This document shows positions 57,343 through 64,000 of a stretch of DNA of 64,000 nucleotides, one piece after another (position 1 is the first letter of the stretch; each line of letters opens with the position of its first letter). The notes below the pieces were generated by a model that was given only the letters and a program-made list of their open reading frames with translations, ran no database searches and was not told where the DNA came from. The stretch lies in the sequence record OK905446.1; one strand, written 5' to 3'. The position numbers were made by a program, and so were the translations under genes.

Positions 57343-57365
57343 ACGCAAATAGCGTCCTTTTTTTA
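57343..57365 (+). terminator. intrinsic terminator
   Basis: AGGACGC-aaata-GCGTCCTTTTTTT. Confidence 0.8.
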
Positions 57366-57450
57366 TTATCTGAAGAAAAAGAAAATAATTTGAAAATTTT
57401 GTTTATCGTACTTTGATTGCAGAGTATCATAAACAAAGTTAAAGAACAAA

Positions 57451-57524
57451 CGGATCGTGGCGTAAAGGTAGCGTGCGTGCTTTGGGAGCATGTGGTGAGA
57501 GTTCGAGTCTCTCCGATCCGACCA
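57451..57524 (+). tRNA. tRNA-Pro(UGG)
   Basis: Cloverleaf, C1:G72, loop TTTGGGA, CCA. Confidence 0.92.
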
Positions 57525-57531
57525 ATTTAAT

Positions 57532-57607
57532 GCCCTGTTAGCTCAATTGGAAGAGCAGTGCCCTACGAAGGCAAAGGTTGTGAGTTCGAATCTCTCACGG
57601 GGTGCCA
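57532..57607 (+). tRNA. tRNA-Arg(ACG)
   Basis: Loop CTACGAA, CCA. Confidence 0.9.
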
Positions 57608-57754
57608 TTTGATACGCTTAGGACCGTATCTTGCTAAGTACTGTCGAGACGATAGAATTTAGCAAACTTTTCACTAAAAAGTGTTTAAGATGTCTTGATC
57701 TAGTGTTAAGATTAACACATAGAAATGAAAACGTTAAGTTCTTCAAAATAATTT

Positions 57755-57876
57755 AAAAAAGATGTTTACAACGATGAAAACATCATGTACAATAAAGAAA
57801 AGCGAATTAACATTCAAAACTGAATGAAAAGTTTTTCAAAAAAGATGTTTACAACGATGAAAACATCATGTACAAT
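57755..57876 (+). repeat. duplicated 39-bp promoter unit, 83-bp period
   Basis: AAAAAAGATGTTTACAACGATGAAAACATCATGTACAAT at 57755 and 57838 (TTTACA-17-TACAAT). Confidence 0.9.
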
Positions 57877-57908
57877 GAAGAAGAACGAAATAACGCAAAA
57901 CGAATAAT

Positions 57909-57985
57909 GCGCATGTAGCCCAATTGGCAGAGGCACTGGTCTTAGAAGCCAGAAGTTAAGAGTTCGACTCTCTTCATGCGTACCA
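57909..57985 (+). tRNA. tRNA-Leu(UAG), short variable loop
   Basis: Loop CTTAGAA, CCA. Confidence 0.9.
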
Positions 57986-58037
57986 AACATGTAGTCTGTA
58001 TGCGATAGCTGACTTAAAACATAAATCTTCGCACATT

Positions 58038-58112
58038 GCACCCTTAGCTTATCAGGAAAAGCGGCGGATTGAAGTCCCGCAGTGCTCGGTTCGATTCCGA
58101 GAGGGTGCACCA
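58038..58112 (+). tRNA. tRNA-Phe(GAA)
   Basis: Loop TTGAAGT, CCA. Confidence 0.88.
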
Positions 58113-58118
58113 GATTCT

Positions 58119-58193
58119 GGGTCGTTCGTATAACGGTAGTACATCTGGCTTTTAACCAGATCGGTGTGAGTTCGAATCTCATGCGACCCACCA
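58119..58193 (+). tRNA. tRNA-Lys(UUU) copy 1
   Basis: Loop CTTTTAA, CCA. Confidence 0.92.
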
Positions 58194-58204
58194 GATTTTA
58201 TAAT

Positions 58205-58281
58205 GCGTCGGTAGCTCATCATGGAAGAGCAGGGAGCTTTTAACTCTCAGGTGTCTGGTTCGAGTCCAGGGCGGCGTACCA
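58205..58281 (+). tRNA. tRNA-Lys(UUU) copy 2
   Basis: Loop CTTTTAA, different body from copy 1, CCA. Confidence 0.9.
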
Positions 58282-58344
58282 AATTTAGATACATTGTGTA
58301 TCGCTTTGCGAGTTAATTAGCTTGCAAATCAATATACAATTAAT

Positions 58345-58418
58345 GCTCTGTTCGACTATCGGTAGGTCATGTCACTTTCAATGACAAGAGACGGGTTCGA
58401 CTCCCGTACAGAGTACCA
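58345..58418 (+). tRNA. tRNA-Glu(UUC)
   Basis: Loop CTTTCAA, CCA. Confidence 0.92.
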
Positions 58419-58483
58419 ATTTAACTTGATAGCGTAGCACCTTTCGCTGTAGAGATACAGCACTTGATAATAAAGGATACGTT

Positions 58484-58855
58484 ATGAAAGAATGTTCTAC
58501 TTGCAAGTCAATGAAGCCATTGACTGAGTATTACAAAAGAAGCGATACTAAAAGCGGGATTGAAGGGAGTTGTAAAACTTGCTGCAACGCTAAGGTATAT
58601 GAGGCTAGAGAAGCTTTTAAAGTCAAGTGTGTTGAGTACATGGGCGGCGAATGTCAGTCTTGTGGATACAATAGATGCATATCAGCTTTGGAGTTTCATC
58701 ATAAAGACCCTTCTCAAAAAGACTTTGAGATAAACAAAGGTCGTATGACTAGTTTTAAAAACGCTCAGAATGAATTAAATAAGTGTGTGATGCTTTGTTC
58801 AAATTGTCACAAAGAAGCACACGCTGGTATACTAGATATTGGATCGTTAGGCTAA
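58484..58855 (+). CDS. HNH endonuclease with zinc-binding motifs
   Basis: CSTC...CKTC, CQSCGY...LEFHH...E...C.MLCSNCHKEAH. Confidence 0.88.
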   Translation: MKECSTCKSMKPLTEYYKRSDTKSGIEGSCKTCCNAKVYEAREAFKVKCVEYMGGECQSCGYNRCISALEFHHKDPSQKDFEINKGRMTSFKNAQNELNKCVMLCSNCHKEAHAGILDIGSLG

Positions 58856-58926
58856 CGGTAAGCCGGCGGGCTGTAACCCCGTGTCCCGTGAGGGAATTCT
58901 AGGTTCGAATCCTAGGCGATCCACCA
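58841..58926 (+). tRNA. tRNA-Tyr(GUA)
   Basis: Loop CTGTAAC, long variable arm, CCA; 5' end overlaps HNH stop. Confidence 0.9.
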
Positions 58927-58931
58927 ATTTT

Positions 58932-59021
58932 AGCTTGCATACTGCAATTTAACTTACTCTATTGATCGCTCGGCGGGTATAGCCCAGACAGCGATAAACA
59001 GACCAAAGAACGCAAGCTGTA
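58932..59021 (+). ncRNA. ACAGCAA-family structured RNA (variant ACTGCAA)
   Basis: AGCTTGC/GCAAGCT stem, ATACTGCAAT, 3' CTGTA. Confidence 0.55.
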
Positions 59022-59040
59022 ATTTTTAAGAGAAGGTAAT

Positions 59041-59226
59041 ATGAAAGCATTATTTGCACTTGTATTAGCAGTAAGTTTGTCAGCTTGTAGTTCAGGCATT
59101 TCAGTAACGGATATTTCGACTCGTGCTGATAAAGATACAAACGGATGCATCGTCAAGGTTGACGAAAAGGCAGAAGGGACTTTCATCTATCAATCAGATT
59201 CTTGTCTGATTCAATTTACGAAATAA
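59041..59226 (+). CDS. small lipoprotein
   Basis: Signal peptide with lipobox LSAC; AAGG RBS. Confidence 0.75.
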   Translation: MKALFALVLAVSLSACSSGISVTDISTRADKDTNGCIVKVDEKAEGTFIYQSDSCLIQFTK

Positions 59227-59227
59227 T

Positions 59228-59302
59228 TGCGAGTAAGAGTACTGGGAACTCACTAGTCTCATAAGCTAGTTTAGGTCAGTTCAATTCTGGCACTCGCTTC
59301 CA
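59228..59302 (+). tRNA. tRNA-Met(CAU), probable initiator type
   Basis: U1:U72 mismatch, CTAGT-CTCATAA-GCTAG, CCA. Confidence 0.8.
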
Positions 59303-59308
59303 AACAAT

Positions 59309-59407
59309 GGAAGGCTTAGCCGAAAGATTCGGGGTAGCGGCAACGGTCTTGAAAACCGTCGGAGCATGGGAATGCTTGTTAGGGTTCGAATCCCTAGTCT
59401 TCCGCCA
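59309..59407 (+). tRNA. tRNA-Ser(UGA) with enlarged D-loop
   Basis: Loop CTTGAAA, long variable arm, G73, CCA; extra CCGAA/TTCGG hairpin in D arm. Confidence 0.85.
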
Positions 59408-59470
59408 ATTAGTTAACCGGGAAGTTTAGTCACTTAACCGATTAACAGTGCGCTGAAATGCGCACACTTT

Positions 59471-59544
59471 AGTCCCTTAGCTCAACGGTAGAGCTTGCGA
59501 CCGATAATCGCACGGTAAGAGTTCGATTCTCTTAGGGACTACCA
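59471..59544 (+). tRNA. tRNA-Ile(GAU)
   Basis: Loop CCGATAA (C33), CCA. Confidence 0.88.
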
Positions 59545-59591
59545 AATTTAGCGTGAGGATGACCACTGATTCAAGCCACCTCATTCGCGAT

Positions 59592-59665
59592 AGGGGCATG
59601 ATGTAAAGGCAGCATGACGGATTCCAAACCCGTTCGTTAGAGTTCGAATCTCTATGCCCCTGCCA
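59592..59665 (+). tRNA. tRNA-Trp(CCA)
   Basis: AGGGGC acceptor, loop TTCCAAA, G73. Confidence 0.92.
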
Positions 59666-59670
59666 GTTTA

Positions 59671-59730
59671 AGTAATCTTACAGCAAACAATACAAAACTT
59701 TTATTTGGAAAAAGCAAAAAGGATTACTGT
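59671..59730 (+). ncRNA. ACAGCAA-family RNA with anticodon-stem-loop-like cargo
   Basis: AGTAATCT/GGATTACT stem, TACAGCAAAC, hairpin CTTTT-ATTTGGA-AAAAG. Confidence 0.6.
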
Positions 59731-59739
59731 TTTATTCAA

Positions 59740-59814
59740 GGGTGTGTAACTCAGAGGCAGAGTAGTCGGCTGTTAACCGACAAGTCGAGATTTCGAAATT
59801 CTCCACGCCCGCCA
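59740..59814 (+). tRNA. tRNA-Asn(GUU) copy 1
   Basis: Loop CTGTTAA, G73, CCA. Confidence 0.88.
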
Positions 59815-59815
59815 C

Positions 59816-59891
59816 GCTTCATTAACTCAGTTGGTAGAGTGTCTGACTGTTAATCAGAGAGTCGTTGGTTCGAGTCCAACATGAAGCGCCA
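59816..59891 (+). tRNA. tRNA-Asn(GUU) copy 2
   Basis: Loop CTGTTAA, G73, CCA. Confidence 0.92.
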
Positions 59892-59960
59892 AATTCGGAG
59901 AGTCACTACCGTTAAGTGTGAACTTGAAAAAACAAAGCAACTAATTTAAGTTGTCTTTGG

Positions 59961-60036
59961 GGAGCCGAGGTGTAAAAGGTTGCATGTCTCCCTGTCACGG
60001 AGAAGGTAGCGGGTTCGAAACCCGTCGGTTCCGCCA
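59961..60036 (+). tRNA. tRNA-Asp(GUC)
   Basis: GGAGC acceptor, loop CTGTCAC, G73. Confidence 0.92.
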
Positions 60037-60055
60037 AAGATAATTTAAGAATAAT

Positions 60056-60129
60056 TGGGATATGGTGTAATGGCAGCACTGCGGATTTTGACTCCGCCAG
60101 TTAGAGTTCGAATCTCTATTTCCCAGCCA
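60056..60129 (+). tRNA. tRNA-Gln(UUG)
   Basis: U1:A72, loop TTTTGAC, G73. Confidence 0.9.
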
Positions 60130-60130
60130 A

Positions 60131-60219
60131 ATACCGAAGAGTGTTTTCAGCAAACAATTTACTAATATTCTTCTATGAAAAGAAATGTTTCGGGTTCGAC
60201 TCCCGTTTAGAGTTGGTAT
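60131..60219 (+). ncRNA. D-arm-less tRNA-like RNA with TTCAGCAAA motif
   Basis: ATACCGA/TTGGTAT stem, ASL TTCTT-CTATGAA-AAGAA, T arm CGGG-TTCGACT-CCCG. Confidence 0.55.
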
Positions 60220-60257
60220 CTCTAGTCCGGACGACGCAAGTAACGACACTCAGTATC

Positions 60258-60331
60258 GCCTCCATAGTTAAATGGTATAACACTTGACTTGTAATCATGT
60301 ATTCGGGGTTCGACTCCTCGTGGGGGCACCA
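60258..60331 (+). tRNA. tRNA-Thr(UGU)
   Basis: Loop CTTGTAA, CCA. Confidence 0.9.
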
Positions 60332-60356
60332 TTTTCTAAACAACTGTGAGAACAAC

Positions 60357-60566
60357 ATGAACTATATTTCAATATGGTGTGAATATGACATTGGTGGCTA
60401 TTTCGGTGGCAACAATAACGAAGATGCTTTTTCCGTTGATGAAAAACTATCTGATGAAGAAATTGAAGCAAAAGTTGCTGAATATATTTCTGACATTGTT
60501 GGTGAGCCGATTGAAGAACTTGAAGGTCTGTACGGCTGGGATCATATCTCAATCACACAGTTGTAA
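60357..60566 (+). CDS. small acidic hypothetical protein, 69 aa
   Basis: Start at MNYISIWCEY after GAGAAC; the track's 60297 start overlaps tRNA-Thr. Confidence 0.7.
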   Translation: MNYISIWCEYDIGGYFGGNNNEDAFSVDEKLSDEEIEAKVAEYISDIVGEPIEELEGLYGWDHISITQL

Positions 60567-60576
60567 AATAAATTAT

Positions 60577-60650
60577 GGGCCGTTAGCTTAATGGGAAAGC
60601 GCCTCACTTGCAATGAGGAAGATAGGGTTCGACTCCCTGCGTGTCCACCA
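60577..60650 (+). tRNA. tRNA-Ala(UGC)
   Basis: G3:U70, loop CTTGCAA, CCA; irregular acceptor. Confidence 0.8.
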
Positions 60651-60726
60651 AATTTCGATCACATGAGTGTAGAGTCTCTTTACTACCATCTTCTACGCAA
60701 TAGCTCATGGATCGAATTCTTTCAAC

Positions 60727-60802
60727 GTCCTCATAGCTCAATCGGAAGAGCAACGACCTTCTAAGTCGTGGGTTGTGGGTTCGAATCCCTCTGGGGATGC
60801 CA
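60727..60802 (+). tRNA. tRNA-Arg(UCU)
   Basis: Loop CTTCTAA, CCA. Confidence 0.92.
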
Positions 60803-60864
60803 AATTTAAGCTCTATCATGCGGCGAATGATACTTGCTTCGGCATATCACGAGCATGGTTTGAG

Positions 60865-61081
60865 AGACAATATACAGCAACAAATTAAAATTACTTAAAA
60901 AGAAGTGATGATCTTCACCTGGGCAGTGCTTCGGCGCAGCTTGAAAGGAAAGATTCTCTCTGCCTAGAAATAGTCAGATAGGCGCGTCGCTGAAACAGAC
61001 GATATTTGCTTGTTGTGAATAACAAGATAGTCAACTCCGATTCATGTCAAAGACGAAAAAACACTTCGGTATTGTCTGTAC
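60865..61081 (+). ncRNA. ACAGCAA-family RNA with about 190-nt multi-hairpin cargo
   Basis: AGACAATA/TATTGTCT stem, TACAGCAAC, 3' CTGTAC. Confidence 0.6.
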
Positions 61082-61218
61082 TTAATTCGTCGGAAACGAC
61101 ACTACAGCCGCAAGGCACGATATGCTAACTCAGTTAGCCGTGATATAGGATGTATCACGTGGCATTATTATGCACGTTTCTGGTTATCGTCATGTAAAAC
61201 ATACAAAACCAAGACTAT

Positions 61219-61294
61219 GGAGATGTAGCTCAAGTGGTAGAGCAATGGTCTCATAAGCCATTAGATCCGATTTCGAGTATCGGTGTCTCCACCA
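61219..61294 (+). tRNA. tRNA with CAU anticodon (probable elongator Met)
   Basis: Loop CTCATAA, CCA. Confidence 0.88.
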
Positions 61295-61400
61295 AATTCA
61301 ATCATGAGGGTATGCATGAAATCGTTGTATAAGAAGCTAACTAGCTTTTATCAATATCATAGCTATCACGGTACAAAACTGTGTAAGCGACATAAATCTC

Positions 61401-61607
61401 GTGGCAAGCTTAAACACAAGCTTAAATTCATTCAAAAAGGTTAAGAAGCATGACTACTTTACACTAAGCAAGGGCAACATTCGCGACAAAATTCGTGATG
61501 TTGAAAATCGTCTCGCAAAAGAGGCCAACCCGTTCTTTATAAGAACACTTACTGTAGAGCTTACGAATCTACGTGCAATACGTGATTTGTTCGACGCTTC
61601 AGATTGA
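61401..61607 (+). CDS. hypothetical protein, 68 aa (GTG start)
   Basis: ORF in inter-tRNA gap. Confidence 0.45.
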   Translation: MASLNTSLNSFKKVKKHDYFTLSKGNIRDKIRDVENRLAKEANPFFIRTLTVELTNLRAIRDLFDASD

Positions 61608-61611
61608 CAAT

Positions 61612-61685
61612 GCGGGTATGATGTAATGGTAGCATGACGTCCTTCCAAGTCGTTCGTCTCGGTTCGAGTCCGTGTACCCGCTCCA
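61612..61685 (+). tRNA. tRNA-Gly(UCC)
   Basis: GCGGG acceptor, U73, loop CTTCCAA. Confidence 0.92.
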
Positions 61686-61691
61686 AATTTT

Positions 61692-61765
61692 GGTCCCTTA
61701 GTATAATGGCAGTACGTCTCTTTTACACAGAGAAAGAAGTGGCTCGATTCCACTAGGGACTACCA
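61692..61765 (+). tRNA. tRNA-Val(UAC)
   Basis: Loop TTTACAC, CCA. Confidence 0.88.
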
Positions 61766-61787
61766 TTCTTATGATGAGAAATAAATT

Positions 61788-62027
61788 ATGACGCCTGTAT
61801 TACTTGAAACTCACGAATACGTAAATTCAAACCAAATTGAAAAACTGAAACGCATGGACAGACTTATGTTTGACTGTTGGCGTGCTGGTTATAAACGCGG
61901 TAAGATTTTAGAACGTGCTCTTGAAATTGAGTCTTCAACAACTTCTGATGACATCGAAATTTATTTCAAAAATATGTTTACAAGAGAGCTATCGCCTGAT
62001 AGTATCTACTTAAAGAAAACTGCATGA
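61788..62027 (+). CDS. hypothetical protein, 79 aa
   Basis: GAGA RBS; in inter-tRNA gap. Confidence 0.65.
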   Translation: MTPVLLETHEYVNSNQIEKLKRMDRLMFDCWRAGYKRGKILERALEIESSTTSDDIEIYFKNMFTRELSPDSIYLKKTA

Positions 62028-62105
62028 CGGAGTAGTGCTCCGACCGAATGACACACGCAAATGAGTCCGGTTGACAAACGTTATATGTCCCAAAGTGTAC
62101 TTTGG

Positions 62106-62183
62106 TGTGGCAGTGGGTGAAGTGGAAATACCTCCGGGTTGTGATTCCGGAAGATGCGGGTTCGATCCCCGTCTGTCACCCCA
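62106..62183 (+). tRNA. tRNA-His(GUG)
   Basis: Loop TTGTGAT, C73, CCA; position -1 is T rather than G. Confidence 0.88.
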
Positions 62184-62286
62184 AAGTGCATTTAGCGAAA
62201 AAAGCATTGTAGTAGCGCATGGGAATTCTGAATGCTTGAAATACCCATTAAGATCGCCAGTAGCTCATGCAATGCACTAACAATTT

Positions 62287-62360
62287 GCCCGAATCGTATA
62301 ATGGAAGTATGAGGGATTGCAAATCCCGCGGTCAGAGTTCGATTCTCTGTTCGGGCTCCA
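62287..62360 (+). tRNA. tRNA-Cys(GCA)
   Basis: Loop TTGCAAA, U73, CCA. Confidence 0.92.
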
Positions 62361-62376
62361 TTTTGAGAACTATATC

Positions 62377-62601
62377 ATGAAACCAGAAGTTAAAGAATAC
62401 TTAGACAGATCTGTTAAATTTTCAATTCGCTTGACTGAAGATAGCATTCGAAGAACTTCTGTGAAGTTGCATGAGCAAAAAGCTCACTTGCATGAATTGA
62501 GAAAGCAACTTGATTGTGAACATGAAATGGTTGCTGATAATAGCGGGTTTGAATTAATTACTGCAACATGCACTAAGTGCGGTTTGCAAGATCAGTATTA
62601 A
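62377..62601 (+). CDS. small protein with C-terminal Cys motif, 74 aa
   Basis: Start MKPEVKEY; CEH...CTKCG. Confidence 0.7.
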   Translation: MKPEVKEYLDRSVKFSIRLTEDSIRRTSVKLHEQKAHLHELRKQLDCEHEMVADNSGFELITATCTKCGLQDQY

Positions 62602-62803
62602 AGACGATGCACAAGTTGGATGTGCAAAGGGGTCGGTTATGGTTCAAGACTACGGTCTAAGAGGTTAATCGCTCGGAACTGAGCATGTTTGAGTTGCTAC
62701 TTGCGAGTAGTGATTAGTGCGTAAGAAGCCCGTAGCTAGTATAATGAGTTGATAACTCGGCAGCCTAGCAGTGTCGCCAACATCGACATAACGACACAGT
62801 AAT

Positions 62804-62880
62804 GCGCATGTGGTCCAATTGGCAGAGGCATGAGGTTTAAATTCTCAGGGATGGCGGTTCGAATCCGCCCATGCGTACCA
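62804..62880 (+). tRNA. tRNA-Leu(UAA), short variable loop
   Basis: Loop TTTAAAT, CCA. Confidence 0.88.
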
Positions 62881-62886
62881 AATTTC

Positions 62887-62963
62887 GCCCAACTAGTCCA
62901 ATAGGCAGAGGCGCTAGTTTCAAACACTAGATGATCCGAGTTCGAATCTCGGGTTGGGCACCA
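62887..62963 (+). tRNA. tRNA-Leu(CAA), short variable loop
   Basis: CTAGT-TTCAAAC-ACTAG, CCA. Confidence 0.88.
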
Positions 62964-63185
62964 AATTAACTTAGCAACGCGAATCGAAAGAGAGTGATTA
63001 GACCGTACGACACTATGGTCTTAAAAGAAGATATAGCTGAAAGGCTATGTGTAGACCTGCTAAGAGTCCCGTGGGTCGTTAAATTATCAAATGGGATCTG
63101 CGAAGCGCGTGGCACACGCTGGCAATAAGAGCAAATATGTGTCTGAGCATGAGAGCAGCATGCCACCGATTAAAAGTCGCTCAGT

Positions 63186-63193
63186 TATAAATA
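63186..63193 (+). promoter_or_regulatory. late promoter
   Basis: TATAAATA 25 nt upstream of 63219 ORF. Confidence 0.8.
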
Positions 63194-63218
63194 ATATAAA
63201 CTAACTGAGGGATAAGAC

Positions 63219-63398
63219 ATGAAATTAAAAACGTTTGATGAATATCACGACTTGACTGAGAAAGTTGAGAAGCGTGGTGACAAGTGGGTTGCTCTTTCAT
63301 CTAAAGGTCGTGTACTTGGTACACATGATACCGAGAAAGAAGCAAACGCACAGATCGCGGCTGTTGAAATTAGCAAAGCAGAACGTGGTAAGAAATAA
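63219..63398 (+). CDS. putative small internal head protein, 59 aa
   Basis: Not in ORF track; GAGG RBS; MKLKTFDEYHDLTE leader resembles T4 capsid targeting sequence. Confidence 0.7.
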   Translation: MKLKTFDEYHDLTEKVEKRGDKWVALSSKGRVLGTHDTEKEANAQIAAVEISKAERGKK

Positions 63399-63403
63399 TC
63401 TAC

Positions 63404-63492
63404 GGAGATATGGTCTAATGGTATGACAGCACCCTGCTAAGGTGTCGGACGTTAATAGCGTTCTCTGGGTTCGACTCCCAGTATCTCCGCCA
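63404..63492 (+). tRNA. tRNA-Ser(GCU)
   Basis: Loop CTGCTAA, long variable arm, G73. Confidence 0.92.
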
Positions 63493-63503
63493 AATTCGCA
63501 ATA

Positions 63504-63756
63504 AGACATTGTACAGCAACTATTACTAATCAAAGAAGCAAACTTTAATAGTAATGAGGCGCACTAGCTGCTTTCTCAGTGATGACGTGAGCCCGGCGCA
63601 TTCTCGTGGTAGGAAATGGCCATTAAGACGGTGTTCGTACTGTTAAACGAAATAGGTCTCATGCCGAATCATGGGTATTCTCTTGATGAGAAACATCGAG
63701 ATAGTCAATTGAGATTTAAGGAAAAGACGATAAAACAATTCTCGAATGTCTGTGTA
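63504..63756 (+). ncRNA. ACAGCAA-family RNA with about 225-nt cargo
   Basis: AGACATT/AATGTCT stem, GTACAGCAAC, 3' CTGTG. Confidence 0.6.
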
Positions 63757-63767
63757 TTGCACATCTA

Positions 63768-63794
63768 AACCTGCCTTGAGCAGGTTTTTTTGTT
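63768..63794 (+). terminator. intrinsic terminator ending the tRNA island
   Basis: AAACCTGC-cttga-GCAGGTTTTTTTG. Confidence 0.85.
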
Positions 63795-63844
63795 TATGGC
63801 GTTTGACAAATCGTGTAATCTGAGAATAAACAACGGGAGATCAC

Positions 63845-64000
63845 ATGTTGGTTAGTAATACAAAACGAGTTTCAATTTACAAGATGAAGCGTGTAGCTAG
63901 AATGCCTGATGCTGATGTATTCTTTCAAATGAGCCAATACGAGCATTTGAACAATAACAGCGTCAAGATTACCAATAAACTGACAGCATTCATCATACGA
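63845..64000 (+). CDS. hypothetical protein, truncated by window edge
   Basis: GGGAG RBS; MLVSNTKRVSIYKMK... open to end of window. Confidence 0.55.
   Translation, partial: MLVSNTKRVSIYKMKRVARMPDADVFFQMSQYEHLNNNSVKITNKLTAFIIR

Noticed and set aside
59671-59730. preQ1-I riboswitch call for the ACAGCAA elements
   Set aside because: The loop motif is reminiscent, but there is no A-rich L3 before the pairing tail and no regulated downstream gene; kept only as a hypothesis to test.
62887-62963. Selenocysteine/opal suppressor tRNA (TCA seen in loop)
   Set aside because: The 5-bp stem places CAA at positions 34-36; it is tRNA-Leu(CAA) with no Sec-type arms.
57007-63533. Minus-strand and tRNA-overlapping ORFs in the RNA island (57007-57348, 57814-58191, 59995-60249, 61454-61753, 62071-62280 and similar)
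   Set aside because: They are translations of tRNA genes or spacers, with no RBS.

Overview
This window comes from a large T4-like myophage genome. Gene order, a CCA-adding enzyme, a lysozyme-less gp5, duplicated gp12 and a near-complete tRNA set fit Vibrio phage KVP40/nt-1-like viruses (inference, no database search run). About 0-9.7 kb holds uvsW, Inh-like paralogues, probable internal head proteins and cca. About 9.8-53.8 kb is the virion morphogenesis cluster (gp23 to gp57B/Acb1), read from TATAAATA/CTAAATA late promoters. About 53.8-64 kb is an RNA-rich island with 28 canonical tRNAs covering all 20 amino acids, small ORFs and many structured non-coding elements. The most unusual signals are: (1) three tRNA genes interrupted at the same point (28/29) by 41-50 nt inserts sharing a hairpin + C(A/G)GCA motif; (2) free-standing RNAs with the same (T/A)AC(A/T)GCAA motif inside a closing stem with variable cargo; (3) two tandem pseudoknots with six compensatory base-pair changes behind strong early promoters; (4) a canonical -1 slippery site joining gp26 to a gp51-like tail just upstream of the tape measure gene; (5) an 86-bp element with 9-bp TAG iterons present twice in inverted orientation 26 kb apart. 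All protein assignments are from motif recognition by eye.
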